Shown: positions 1 through 22,199 of the stretch, in pieces
Numbering within the stretch: the stretch's first letter is position 1
Layout of the letters: each line of letters opens with the position of its first letter
Program-made: the position numbers and the translations under genes
Notes under the pieces: model-generated
What the model saw: only the letters and a program-made list of their open reading frames with translations
Told to the model about the DNA's origin: nothing
The model's database searches: none
Origin: the human T2T-CHM13v2.0 reference genome, Homo sapiens
Assembly: GCF_009914755.1 (NCBI RefSeq)
Contig: NC_060933.1
Reading direction: 5' to 3' (one strand)
Length of the DNA stretch: 64,000 nucleotides

Positions 1-39
1 TAATTAATTAGTTAATTAAGAAATAAAAATGTGTCTCAG

Positions 40-2105
<2,066 letters not shown>

Positions 2106-2117
2106 CTTAAAAAAAAA

Positions 2118-3185
<1,068 letters not shown>

Positions 3186-3360
3186 GTTATTTTTAATAGG
3201 TACACATTCTCAGTTTTACAAGATGAAAATAGTTCTGTGGATGGATGATGGTGATGGGAGCATGACAATGTGAGTGTGCTTAATGCCACTGAACTGTACA
3301 TTTTTAAATGGTTAAGATGGTAAGTTTTATGTTATGTGCATTTTACCACAATTCTTTTTT
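3186..3360 (+). mobile_element. L1MB-type extreme 3' end
   Basis: GATGGTGATGG..AATGCCACTGAACTGTACA..AATGGTTAAGATGGTAAGTTTTATGTTATG. Confidence 0.75.
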
Positions 3361-3501
3361 AGATGAGAATACATTCCAAAATCTACTAACTTGGTTCCTT
3401 GGTAAATTACCTTTAGTAATGTTCCAACATTAGTAGGAATCAAAACCTTAAAATATGCATATCTTTTGATCCAGCAATTCCATTTCTAGAAATGTATTCT
3501 A

Positions 3502-3911
<410 letters not shown>

Positions 3912-3965
3912 TCATTAAATATTTCTTTGTATATCACCATACAATATAACTATTTTAAAAACTAT

Positions 3966-4282
<317 letters not shown>

Positions 4283-4329
4283 TCATCCCAGTATTTTGTT
4301 ATGTTGAAAAAAAGCAGATTACAAAACAG

Positions 4330-4353
4330 AGTGTGTGGTGTGTGTGTGTGTGT
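4330..4353. repeat. (TG)n microsatellite
   Basis: GTGTGTGGTGTGTGTGTGTGTGT. Confidence 0.85.
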
Positions 4354-4477
4354 AAGGCTTTTCAAGTGATTTATCTAGAGAACTATCTGAGAAGCATCCG
4401 AGATGATGTTAAAACCCTGCCCAGCTGAACCTTGGGGAAACTGCATAACCTTTGATTCACACAAAAAAACCACATCC

Positions 4478-4680
4478 ATTACTTCTTGAGTGCTGATTCT
4501 GGGCCAGGCTCTTTATGTACACAGTCCATTTAATCCTCACGGCAGCCCTTCGTGGTAGGCACATTTATTATTCTTGTTTATAGACAAGAACTCGCGGAAA
4601 TTGAGTGCATGGTCCAGGCTCACAGCCAGGCAGCAGCAGGATAGGGAAGCTGGAGGCCAGGCTGTGTAATTCCATACCTG
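4478..4680 (-). mobile_element. MIR
   Basis: CATTTAATCCTCAC..GGTAGG..TATAGACAAGAA core-like sequence. Confidence 0.7.
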
Positions 4681-4737
4681 CAGCAGCAGACTGCTGTCCC
4701 ACAGAACCCTCTCTACACACAGGCCTGGGTCAGGACA

Positions 4738-5286
4738 GTATTGCAGGTTCAAGGAATTGGAGAGCTGATCAAGAGGAAAAAATATGACCACAAAGTGACA
4801 GTAGCACACACATGCTTTATTTGGGAGACGCCCTAAGAAGGCTGCACGCGGAGGAATCCCCTCAGGCATGAGCCTGTCAAGAGGCTTTGATGGCCAGGAG
4901 GAACACCATACTAAAAGAGAGGAAGGGAAGGGAGCTCCTGGGGACAGGATGTGAGAGATGGGGGAGCTCCTGGGGACAGGGTGTGAGAGACGGGGCTTGC
5001 ACATCTAGGTGATGTCACACAACAGCCCGGTAGGGAGAATGTGGGTCAGAGAGCTCCCAAGGGCAGCAGTGGCTGGGGGTCCCCATAGCCTGAAAGTTCA
5101 TCTTATCCATGGCTAATAGGTGGTGGACATGGTTTTGTGGGGTACGCAAAGCAGGGGACCTCTAAATGACTAATAATATGCTTATCTGGGCTACATTTAA
5201 AACAGCTGGATGTGTAAAATTTGAGGTCAATGAATGGATCTCAGCCTATTGTTAATCAATAAAAACACCAGGGGCCAATATACACA
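4738..5286 (-). mobile_element. Probable solo ERV LTR, family not determined, with an internal 32-bp tandem duplication (4930-4993)
   Basis: LTR-like length, TTTATT (antisense AATAAA) near 4815, ends ..ATATACACA; GGGAGCTCCTGGGGACAGG(A/G)TGTGAGAGA(T/C)GG x2. Confidence 0.45.
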
Positions 5287-5559
5287 GGCCAACTTTGGTT
5301 TATTTAACATCTTTGACTGATGTAACAGACCAGCCAGTCGAGGGCTGCATCAATCATGGGTCCCTGAAATGGGAATACATACAACCTGGTGGAGGAGACA
5401 GGCTGTGTCAGGAGAATGGTGGATACCCTTCCCCTCAACAACAGGGAGTGTGGCTGCAGTTGAGGGCAAGCAATGTCCTCCCTGTGGGGCAGCAGAGACA
5501 ATATTGTTTTCAGGTGTTTTTCTTTTTTATTGTGATTATATATATATATAATTTGGTGT

Positions 5560-8015
<2,456 letters not shown>

Positions 8016-8129
8016 TCACAGTCCTGGAGATTAGGATTGGAGATCTTGGATAATCATTTTAGAATTTTACCACAAAAAGATCCCAGGCCTAGCATAATGC
8101 TCTACTTAAACAGGTATCTAGAAATACTT

Positions 8130-8583
8130 GCTGTGCTTATTTTCTCTCTTCCCTCCAGGTCCTCTCCTTATCCCTTTCCACCTTACTCTGTGCCCCAGTT
8201 TTACTGGCCTTTATGGACTTCACTGATGGATTTCTTTGTCCTCTGGTTTCCTATTAGGTTTGCCAACGGGCGGCACTAGCACAAGGTTAGAGTGCAGGAG
8301 GAGAGTGAGGATGGGTGTTTATTCTCCTGCCTCCATCCCTGCTGGGTCAACACGGGTGGACCGTGTACCTTTTTGGGAGGCCTGTCATATGACCCCCTCT
8401 GACCACTGCTCCCTTAAGATTCTCAACTATTCTTTCTTTTCTATTCAGGCCTAGGGACGGAAATGCTGCTGCACCACCCCTTAACCCTGCCCGCACCTTT
8501 GCAAATAATGCTTTAGCCTACATTCTGCCTAATTACCCCATTTCAGTGTTCCATCTTTTTCCTCTTGGAATCCTGACTGATAA
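8130..8583 (+). mobile_element. LTR33-like (ERVL) solo LTR
   Basis: CTCTGGTTTCCTATTAGGTTTGCCAACGGG..GGAGGAGAGTGAGG..TTTATTCTCCTG; ends CCTGACTGATA. Confidence 0.65.
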
Positions 8584-8617
8584 GATACTTGCATATGAAC
8601 TTTTCCAAACCGCCTCC

Positions 8618-9100
8618 ATTCATTTAACTCATTCATTCATTTCCTCACTCAACAAACATTTTTTTGATAATTAACTATATGCCAAGCACAGTTCTAAGCA
8701 CTGATGATAAAGCAGTTAATAACACATGAAAATCCTGTCCTCTCAGAATTTATATTTGGGCAGGGGAGAGGGAAGAACAAACAAGCAAAATATATACTAT
8801 TATAACAAATAAGCAAAATATTTGATCCCACATGTGATCACTGCTGTGGAGCAAAAGAAGAAAGGGTGTAGGAAGCATGAGTTAGGATTTTTGATAGGGT
8901 AGACAAGGAGGGCCTCATTGAGAAAGCAACATTTTAGCAAAGATCTGAAGGAGAGGAGAAGTTATGTCACTTGGCTATTTGGAAAAATACCAGATAAGAG
9001 GATCTTACAGCAGGACCATGCCTAGCCAAATCCAGAAATAGTAATGTGGCCAATGTAGTTGGAACAAAGTAAGAAGAATGGCAGATGAGGTTGAAGCAAT
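8618..9100 (-). mobile_element. L2 3' end
   Basis: CATTCATTCAT..CAACAAACATTT..ATGCCAAGCACAGTTCTAAGCACTG. Confidence 0.8.
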
Positions 9101-9789
9101 TCAGCCGACAAAAGTGGCTAGTCTACTTACTATGATCTGAACATTAATACTAATGAAGATAAAGTTTTATGGGTCATGTGTCCAGGTCACTGAAATCTCT
9201 GTGCTTATCTCTACTTGATATATTTGGCTCATTTCAACTCTGAGATCATCCTGTCCATAAAGAGAGCAAGAGCTTACCCAGTCAGCATTAGGTCAGTCTT
9301 GCTTCTCATTCAACTCTGATGTTGAAATCTGGTTCTGATAAACAGAGTTAGGCTTTGTCCAGTTGTGCACAGGCCCCAGCACTGCAGTCCACATCTAATA
9401 ACTAGACCACTAGCTTTGGTATCACAAGGAGGACCCTGTCTGATGTCCTTCCTATTACCACAGTTCCTCCAGGACTGGAACTGTGCTTTCAGAGAAGTGA
9501 GCCCTGACTCTGGCCCCACACTGGGCCACTGCTTTCTGCGTCCAATTCCCTGCAGGATCAGACACCACTGGGCTCCATGGACCTCCTGCTACTGCCCCCT
9601 GCTGGGTCCTTGCCTGTGCTGGCTCTGATCCTACGCAACTGTTTGCCTTCTGCGTTCTTGTACCCCCTGATTTGACCCATCCCATCATCAACCAGGTTGC
9701 CAACTGTTTTTAATCACCCTAAGTTTTAAATTGTTTTTACTGCAAGAATTTCAGTTTTATTTGGTGGTAAAAGAATTTTTTAAAGTCAA

Positions 9790-10125
9790 TAAAGTATTAA
9801 TCAGAGAAATTGGAACAATGACCGGATATTATGTTAGGTATGATAATGGTAGTGTAGTTATGCCTTTAAAAGAGTCTTTATTTAAGAGAGTCCTTAGAGC
9901 TCATACTGAAATATTTGTGGGTGAAAATTATATGATGCCTGAAATTTGCTTTAAAAACATCCAGTGTAGGAGGGGAAGGGGACACAGATAAATCCCAATT
10001 GGCCATAAGTCGATAATTACTAAGCTGGGTGACAGGTACGTGGAAATGACTTACACTAGACTCTTTACTTTTATACATTAACATTTTACTTTTACTTTTA
10101 TACATTAACATTTAAAAATAAATAA
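9790..10125 (+). mobile_element. Old L1M (ME/MC) 3' end with a 27-bp tandem duplication at 10064-10113
   Basis: CATACTGAAATATTT..GATGCCTGAAATTTGCTTTAAAA..CTGGGTGACAGGTAC. Confidence 0.65.
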
Positions 10126-10587
10126 GTAAAAGGATTCGTACATTGGCTAACTAGGTGCAAAAAATGAAGTTAGATAGACCATACCTACAGTAAATTCCAG
10201 ATCAATTAATCAATATGAGTGACACCAGGGAAGAACCAGAGGAAAATATAGGTAAATGTTTACCTGATCTCAAGGTGAAAAATATCCCTTCAAGAATAAA
10301 AGGAAAAAAAAAAACTATAGAGGAAAAACTTAGTTGATATGATTATATAAAAATTAAGAAAGGTTCTACATTAAAAACAAAAAAAAATCCTTTTAACAGG
10401 ATAGCAACAAACTGGGAAAGATAGTTAAAACATATTATATAAGGTAAGCATTATTATACTTGATGTAAAAAGAGCTTTTTTGAAATAGGAGAATAACACC
10501 TCAATATAAAAAGTGTCAAAAGACATGAATGGGAAATTTACTTAAAAATACACATATGTGGCCAAAAAGATTAAAACCTCAATCTCA

Positions 10588-10920
10588 GCCAGGCACAGTG
10601 GCTCATGCCTGTAATGCCCACAGTGTGGGAGGCCAAGAAGAGAGGATCACTTGAGGCCAGGGGTTCAAGAGCAGCCTGGGCAATATAGCAAGACCCCATC
10701 TGTACAGAAAAAAATTAGCCAGGCATGGTAGCTAAAAATAAAAAAATTAGCCATGCCTGCAGTCTCAGCTACCTGAGAGGCTAAGGTGGGAGGATGGCTT
10801 GAGTCCAGGAGTTTGAGGCTACAGTCAGCTATAATCATGCCACTGCACTCTAGCCTGGGCAAGAGTGAGACCCCATCTCAAAAACAAAACTAAAGTAAAC
10901 TAAACAACAACAACAAAAAC
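10588..10920 (+). mobile_element. AluJ-like
   Basis: dimer with duplicated linker; TSD AAAAC(C)CTCAATCTC. Confidence 0.9.
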
Positions 10921-11227
10921 CCTCAATCTCAATAAAAATAAGAGCTACCATTTTCGATCCATCAGCTGTGCAAATTTTTGAAAATGAAAACACTTGGCAT
11001 ACGTAGAGCAGAAAACAGGCACACCCGTTCATCGTATTAGGGTGGTGACATGATGCCACCTTTCCTGGGAGGAATCTGGCAATGGGCATCAAAGGACTAA
11101 GATAAGAATAGTTAGAGTCTTTGACCTGACAATTCTAATTTGGAAATTTATCCTTAGGGAATGAGTAGACAGAAATATATTGATGCTCAGTGATGTTTGT
11201 TACAATGTTATTTATAATAATAACACA

Positions 11228-11514
11228 CTGTAATCTCAGCACTTTGGGAGGCCAAGGAGGGGGAATTGCTTGAGCTCAGGAGTTTGAGACCAGTCTGGGC
11301 AACATGGTAGAGCTCCATCTCTACTTAAAAAAAAAAAAAAAAATTCAACTGGGTGTGGTGGTGCACGCCTGTGGTCCCAGCTACTCTTGAGGCTGAGGTG
11401 GGAGGATTGCTTGAGACTGGAAGGCAGAGACTGCAGTGAGCCAGATCACACCACTGTATTCCAGCCTGAGTAACAGAGCAAGACCCTGTCTCAAAAAGCA
11501 ACAATAATAATAAA
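11228..11514 (+). mobile_element. AluJ-like, 5'-truncated
   Basis: starts at CTGTAATCTCAGCACTTTGGG. Confidence 0.9.
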
Positions 11515-12217
11515 ACACTGAAAACAAATGGAAACATCCAAAATAATGATTTGGTTCATTCACAGCATATGGTACAGCTCATTCACAAGACAGAATACTA
11601 TATAGCCACAACACACGCTACAACTAATGTATATTATACTCAAAATGAAAGCATGAGTGCCTTCCCATATCCTGGAATATTTGTTGAAAACATGATTTCA
11701 TGGCTACTACATATTCTCTCTAGAATTCACACTTATAAACACTCATAGGTTAATACGTATCTCAAAATGTTATTGGTGGTTGCTGCTGAATAGTAGGGCT
11801 CAGCATGCTGATTCCCTTTATCATACTTTTCTGGATTTTACAAAATTTTGACAATGAGCTTATATTGCTTTAAAATCAGAAAAATAAGGCAATAATAGAC
11901 TCAAAACAATTACAAAATCAGAAAAATGAATGACACTAAAGAAATTTAGACTTGGGGAAAGATGCCAAAAAGGATCTGGCATACTCTGTGGACTCCCTCA
12001 TGTGATCCATGATGAATTCAAAGCACATGGGGATGGGCACATCCAGGGTCGCATAGTCAATCAGGCAACAGCCCAGCCCAGCCCAGCCTCTGACTCCAGG
12101 ATCTTGTCAGCGCCTGCCCCTCTCAGAGGTGTCTTTGTGGACACGTGGTACTCAGTGGTTTGACACATGCAGGCTGATCAAGGAATGCATCTGGTAAACT
12201 GCTAGGTTAAGAACCTA

Positions 12218-12527
<310 letters not shown>

Positions 12528-13707
12528 GAACCTAACAGATCCTGTACTTTCTTCTCAAAAGCTTGATGGATATCATGAGGCAAGTGAAGCACTAGAAGCA
12601 AAAGTATACTTTACTGACATCTACATACATTATTATTAGACCTGTGATGCTTTTCACACTTGCTGCATTATATATAAGCCTGCTGGTTATTTACATTTAA
12701 AAAAATCCCCCACAGTGCCGCACATAGTACTATGGATATAATGATGTCTAATAGAGCCTTTTGCTGTTGCTGTTTTTTGTGCTTGCTTTTGTTGTTGTTT
12801 TTTCTAAAAATAAAAACAAAAACAAGAAAACTGTAACTATAATATTTATCATTTTAATTGATGTGTATAGTTTTACAAAATCAAATAGTAATAGAAACAA
12901 AATAGCATCCCTTGTGCCTCCCCTCCCTATTGCTCCCTGGTCTTATACAGTCATAAGAAGTCACAAGAAACCACGTACAAATTGTTAAGCCATTTCTTCT
13001 GCCATTTACCTTCCAATTCCTAAGGAGTATGCATGTGCTGTTATTTATTTTAGACATTATCTTTTTTCTCCCTGTCTTGACAGATGTTATCTAGCTCAAG
13101 TGCACTTTGCTCTCCCTCCCCCATTCCCCTGGTGTAAGCATACCACACAGTCTTTGAGTTCACATTATTATTTGTGTCATATAGATACTGTTCACATGAG
13201 CCAGGAAGAGTACAACTTTTTTCTTAAATTATCACCTCTCAAAAAATAACTTTGTTGTCTACATACGTGTCTTCCAATGAGCCAGAAGACTCCCTATGTC
13301 AGCAAATCCACTGGTGCCATGACTTCCCACTGAGCCCCCTGACTTCCTGTTCTGCACGGGCTTGTCTGCTTCCTGGACCTGCTGCACAACTTGCTCCGAG
13401 TCCTATACTGGACATCCTGCTTTTAAATCCCATGCCTTCCATGCCATTGGTTTACAAGTTTATTTCCTGGGGTACTTCCTTCAGGAACGTTCAAGGAGAC
13501 AGCAAAGAAGGTAAACTTTTGTGTGCTTGCATGTCTCTAACTGTCTTTCAGTTGACTGAAAGTTTGCCAGAATGTAGACTACTAAGGTTGAAAACTATTT
13601 CTCTCTGAATAGGGGGATCATTTTTCTTCAGTTTCCTAGAGCTGCTGCTGAAGGTCAGATATCATTCTGGCCTCAGTGTCCTTATGCATGACCTGTCTGC
13701 TTCTCTG

Positions 13708-14358
<651 letters not shown>

Positions 14359-14917
14359 TAATTTACAAGCTTTCAGGATTTTCTCTTGATCCCAAATACA
14401 TGAAAATTTCAGGCCAATATATGTCTAGATGTGGGTCCTCTTCATCGTTATGCTGGGCATCTATTGAGCCCTTTCAATCCAGAGACTCATACACTGCAAC
14501 TCTGAGAGGTTTTCTTGAAGACAAAGAACAAAAAATAGTGTTAGTAGTACTATTATCAATGCAACTCTTCACATCCTTTTTCTCTGTTCCTCTTTCTGGA
14601 ACCCTATTCAGTCAGGTATCAGGGCCTTCTGGATTGATTCTCTGAATTAATTGCACTTGCTCTATTATCCTTTTCTATTTTACTTTCTTTTTGTTCTGCT
14701 TCCTGGGAAATTTCTTTAATATTACACTCCAATCCTTATTTGATGTTTTTAGTTCAGCTGCCACAATTTTGTTTGAGGATTTTCTTCTCTCTTATATTCT
14801 AATACCTGTTCTGTTTCATGAATGTAATGTCTTATTTTATCTGATGATAGTAATAAAAGATTTTAGAAGTTTTATTCTGGCTGGGTGCGGTGTTAATAAA
14901 AGATATTAAAAGTTTTA

Positions 14918-15260
<343 letters not shown>

Positions 15261-15709
15261 TCATCACTTCTGTTTCCCCTAACTTCTGTTCTCCTGATAT
15301 TCGTTCATTTGGGTCCGTGTGTAGTGTAGCAGCCTTTCTTCAAATAACAGGTTATGCTTGGTGCTCTATTCCCATTCCAGAGGGAGAGACTGACAGCTCA
15401 GTAGAGCATCTGGGAGGACAGCCCAGGTTTGTCAGTTTGGGACTTCTCTATAGGATATTCAAGAGGCAAGCCAAATTAAAAAAAATTTTTTTTTGGAAGA
15501 CTCCCAAAACCAGAATTTGAGACATTTTTTCTACAGTCTTTTGAGATTTCCCCAGTAGATAACCTCCGGCCTTTGGGTAGCCAGGAGAGTTAGGGGTAGA
15601 ACAGAAGCCTGAGAGCAGAAATAACCTACAAACAGTTGAAGAAGAGCAGCAAGGATATTATTGCTTAGTATGCAGATTTAATTTTAACCCACCCTTCCTC
15701 CCTTCCTCC

Positions 15710-16832
<1,123 letters not shown>

Positions 16833-17448
16833 TTCTCTCTTCCTCCTTTCTTTCCTTTCTTCTTCCCCACCTCCTTTTCTCTCTCTCTCTCTCTTTAGCG
16901 CAAAGCCTCTCCTCTCACCTGTGTCTGGGGTCCAGGTCCGCAGCCTCTACCTTCCATGTCTACAGAAACCTAGTCTCTGGCCTGGGGCAAGAGGAGTGGT
17001 GATTTCCTGATTTCTTGTGTTGGGGGAGGGATCCAGGCAGCAGCCTCTCCAGTGCCAGGACCTTGTCTCACTCGGTCTGCAGGACAGCCTCTCTCCAATC
17101 GGCTTAATTACCTCTGCTCCACCGTTTCTTCCCTCCAAAAATATCTGTCAAATCCCCTTGTCTGTTGATATTTCCTTTCCTGTTCTCTTTATCATGGAGA
17201 TGTAATGTATTTTTAAATTCTGTTCCTCTAACTTTAGTGAGGTCTCAAAAGGAAGAAGAGTTGAAAATGGCCACTCTTTCTTCTAGAATGGAAAGTCCTC
17301 CATTCCAGACTTGTATACATAGTCTGCTCCTGATTTTTGGCTAGAAAAAGTAATAATTATATTATCCATTATTAAAGCTGTGTCTACATGATTCCAATAT
17401 AATTTGCAAACAGTCCATGGTTATATTCAGTACTGTTATACGTAAAAA

Positions 17449-18040
17449 TGTTTATTTAGAAATAGAATGCTTGTTCCCCAGTGCCACAAAGAAATAGCAC
17501 TCGAACATAAATTTAATTCTCTCAGCAAGGCCATTTTTGCTTTCTGCAGAAAGGGTGTTTATGGCAGTTGGAACAATGGCGAGAGCACCCCGGAACAATG
17601 GAGCGAAGCAATTTTTATCCCTTACCCAGTTTGTCCCTGCTACTGTGTCCTGTCTCCATTGGCTGGAGCCAAACCTCACAATCTAAACTAAAACCCGATT
17701 GGCTAACAGTTTAAAACTTTTTTAAACAGGTAAAGGCAATAGAAAAACAAAGGAAAAAAATGAAGTTGCTTACGAAAGGACTTAGAAAAGTAATAACATT
17801 TCCAAATAAGGAATAAACATTCCCAAATAAGGAAAGGGCATAGGCTGCGAGCTGAGACATGCCTGTGAGCACGTCTAGCACAGATATCTTGGTTAAAGTA
17901 CGAGGACATAGAATGTACTACGTGCCTGTGAGCATGTCTAGCATAAAGTTAGTCTTTAAAAGAAACTGTTAATTCTAACACTTATGATTTATTCTTTAAC
18001 AAGAAGGGAAGCTTTGAAGAGGAACTTTTTATTTTCTACA
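17449..18040 (-). mobile_element. LTR10-family (HERV-I, ERV1) solo LTR
   Basis: TG..CA termini; on - strand starts TGTAGAAAATAAAAAGTTCCTCTTCAAAG and ends GAGTGCTATTTCTTTGTGGCACTGGGGAACAAGCATTCTATTTCTAAATAAACA; contains p53-like decamers. Confidence 0.75.
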
Positions 18041-18439
18041 ATATACCCAAATCAATACAATATGAAATGTTTTATTTAAGCATATCTAATTAAGAAGTAT
18101 TTGTACATTACACCTATTTTTGAAAGACAAAATATGAACAATAGTAAGAAAACTAATATGACTGATTATTTTCCTTGTGACTACTAACACAACTGCTAAC
18201 ACAATCTGATTGGTTGATAAGAATCTTTCTGAGAAAATTTTTCCAACATTTAAAAAATAAAAATGAAAATTTGGTTGGTAGTCAGCAATTTCTTTCTGGG
18301 AAATTTATTGTCTATGTTTAAAAATTATAAACTGAAATTTTTAGCTTTGTCTTATGTAAAATTAAATATTTTTATTTACTTATAAATTTAATATTTATAG
18401 TATTTTTACCTAACAATTATTAAGTAATGTTTACATACT

Positions 18440-18860
18440 TGTCAGGATTCTTCAGGAAATGGAGGGTACACTCTTCTAGGATTTAGAAGAGAATCTCATA
18501 AAGGGCCTATTTCCAGCGGTGTAGGCTGGGCTAAAGGAACCAACAGGGGATGTTGAGGGACCCAGCGGCCAGCCAGAGTGGCCTGAGACGGCAAGAGCGG
18601 GAAAGCACTGGAGCTGGCATCTTCCTGGGACTCAGTCCTTGACAGGCAGGGAGGGCGTGGAGGTAGAAATAATCTGGCAACTCCCTCTTTTTGCTCCCTG
18701 GGCTTCACCTGCTGACGAAATCCAACCAAAAGCAAGAGAAGGACATCAGTGAGCACAGCCTGCGTGGGTCAACCCCTGAGGCTTGCAGCTACAGAAGGAC
18801 AGAGAAGGAGCAGAGCAGGGGAGGAAAAGCAACAGAACCAGCTGCCTCACAATACAAAAC
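18440..18860 (-). mobile_element. LTR33-like (ERVL) solo LTR
   Basis: reverse-complement similarity to the element at 8130-8583 (CAGGAAATGGAGGGTACACTC, AATCCAACCAAAAGCAAGAG). Confidence 0.55.
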
Positions 18861-19928
18861 TGTTGGTGTGAGCTTAATTTGGAGAGAATCGAAAAGCTAT
18901 TTGGTAACCAACCATTGGACTTGGGATAATGGTATCTCCCATTCCAACTGTTCTCTAAGTTTTCCATTCAATATTCTCTTTAGGTTTATAAATTCTGTGT
19001 GCCAAGGACTACTTGGTGGTTCTGCTTGCAAAGAACCTATATTTGCACATTTAGGAATTTCTAAACAGAGATGGAAATTAGAGTCTCTTCACAACTGAAG
19101 TAAAACAGAAATGTTCATGTTTTCCTTAAACACTTTGTAGTGTTAGCAATTTAATTTAAAATGTAAGTGAAAATCCATTCTCAAATCAATGATAGCCATT
19201 TAATTTTGCTGACTTCTTGTGCTTCAGATTTGAAGTTGAATGATCTCTTAGTAAAATCTTAAGTGTTGATTTTCTTTTACAACCTGTGAAAGATGACACT
19301 TTCAGCAAAGTCAAGCATGAGAATAAAAATTCATTTTATTATTATTTTTTGTTTGGATTTCATTGAGTTATTTTGGGGTTAATCTTTTGGCCCTCACACA
19401 TGCAGAACTCCTTCGAGTTCAATGGGTGTTATGTGCATGGAAGAACTTAAGAACTGGGCCTTTGGTTTATTTCTGCAATACTCACTTGAATTGCCTCTGC
19501 TTAGTTTTCAAAAGGTGGCTTCCTGGATCTCTATTCATTTGTGCACTGCGCCCTCTCTTTCCCTTTGTAAATTTGGACAATTCATACCCCTACCCTCTCT
19601 TTGGTGTCCAGAAGTTCTGGTCTATGAAGCACTGTTGCTTAGCAACAGGTTAACTGGCTCTTCCTCTCTATGGGAGACTACAAAAAAGCCAATCAGAACC
19701 TCCACAAACTCTTATTTATTGAGGAATACAGATGCAGTTTCTTATGCTGCATTACTGATGGGCCATATGGTGTAAATTCTATCTTTAAACTGCAGCAAGA
19801 TAGAAAATGCATGTTTCAAAATCAAATTTTTAAAAATTCACATTGGCATACTTGTTTGGCTTGATTTTTTAAAAATCCATTTACTTAAAAAGATTGCTTT
19901 TAATGAAATAAGGTACACATTCCCCCTG

Positions 19929-20231
19929 AATTAATTAATTAATTAATTTGAGACAGAGTCACTCTGTCGCCCAGGCTGGAGCGCAGTGGTGTGATCTGGG
20001 CTCACTGCAACCTCTGCCTCCTTGTCTCAAGCCATCCTCCTACCTTAGCTTCTCAAATAGCTGGGACCACAGGTGCATGCCACCACATCTGGGCAATGTT
20101 TTTGTATTTTTGGTAGAGACAGGGTTTCACCATGTTGCCCAGGCTCCTCTGGAACTCCGGAGCTCAAGCGGTCCACCCGTGTTGGCCTCCCGAAGTGTTA
20201 GGATTACAGGCATGAGCCATCACGCTTGGCC
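19929..20231 (-). mobile_element. AluJ-like with (TAAT)n tail
   Basis: antisense dimer; TSD TCCCC(C/T)TGAATT. Confidence 0.9.
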
Positions 20232-20665
20232 TCCCCTTGAATTTAAACCAAAAAAAAACAAAAACAGACACAAGTGTAAGTTGGTTACAAAATCTTTTCC
20301 AAAATATCTTCTCTTACTAAAGTTTCCTTCATGTAAATAGTGTTTGGAATAGAAAGAGGGTGGTGACAAAATAATCTTCCTGTATCTTATATCAAGTTTA
20401 AATAGACAGTGGAAGCCAATTTGGGATTCATAAATGCAGTACTATGACACTTAGAGAAATAAAAAACTTTTAGAAAGCATCTTTAGGAAATTCTAAGGTT
20501 AAATTCCGTTGAACTGGGGAACAAATAAAGCTAAGGTAAAGTCTGGTATTTTCTCATTCAGTAATAAAGAACCACAACGTGCAGATTCTTCACCTGCCAA
20601 GCAAACAGTTCTAAAAACCCCTCTTGGTAGGAAAGGAGATAAAAAATTATATTTAAGAACACCTG

Positions 20666-20965
20666 GTTGGGCACAGTGGCTCACGCCTGTAATCCCAGCA
20701 CTTTGGGAGGCCAAAGCAGATTGATCACCTGAGGTCGGGAGTTCGAGACCAGCCTGACCAATGTGGAGAAACCCTGTCTCTACTAAAAATACAAAATGAG
20801 CTGGGCATAGTGGCACATACCTGTAATCCCAGCTACTTGGGAGGGTGAGGCAGGAGAATCACTTTAACTCGGGAGGCGGAGTTTGCAGTGAGCTGAGATT
20901 GCGCCATTGCATTCCAGCCTGGGCAACAAGAACAAAACTCCGTCTCAAACAAACAAACAAACAAA
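20666..20965 (+). mobile_element. AluS (Sp-like)
   Basis: GTCGGGAGTTCGAG, TGGAGAAACCC; (AAAC)n tail. Confidence 0.93.
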
Positions 20966-21104
20966 CACCTGATTACCTACAAACAGAAGCAAAACTACTC
21001 CTCAAGTTTAAATTTTATAAATTTTTTTAAGTTTTGGGACTTCTTGTGCTGGGCAAGATGGAGTAGGCACAGCACAGTTCAGTTCTCCCACTCATCAAAA
21101 CTAA

Positions 21105-22157
<1,053 letters not shown>

Positions 22158-22199
22158 CCTTTCAGCTTTGATATAAAGGCAGACCCCTCCCCAACCCCC

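Larger units (their letters stand above)
10150..11900 (+). mobile_element. Highly decayed L1M ORF2/3' region, interrupted by two AluJ
   Basis: A-rich L1-like motifs (CAAAAGACATGAAT, TTTGACCTGACAATTC). Confidence 0.5.
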
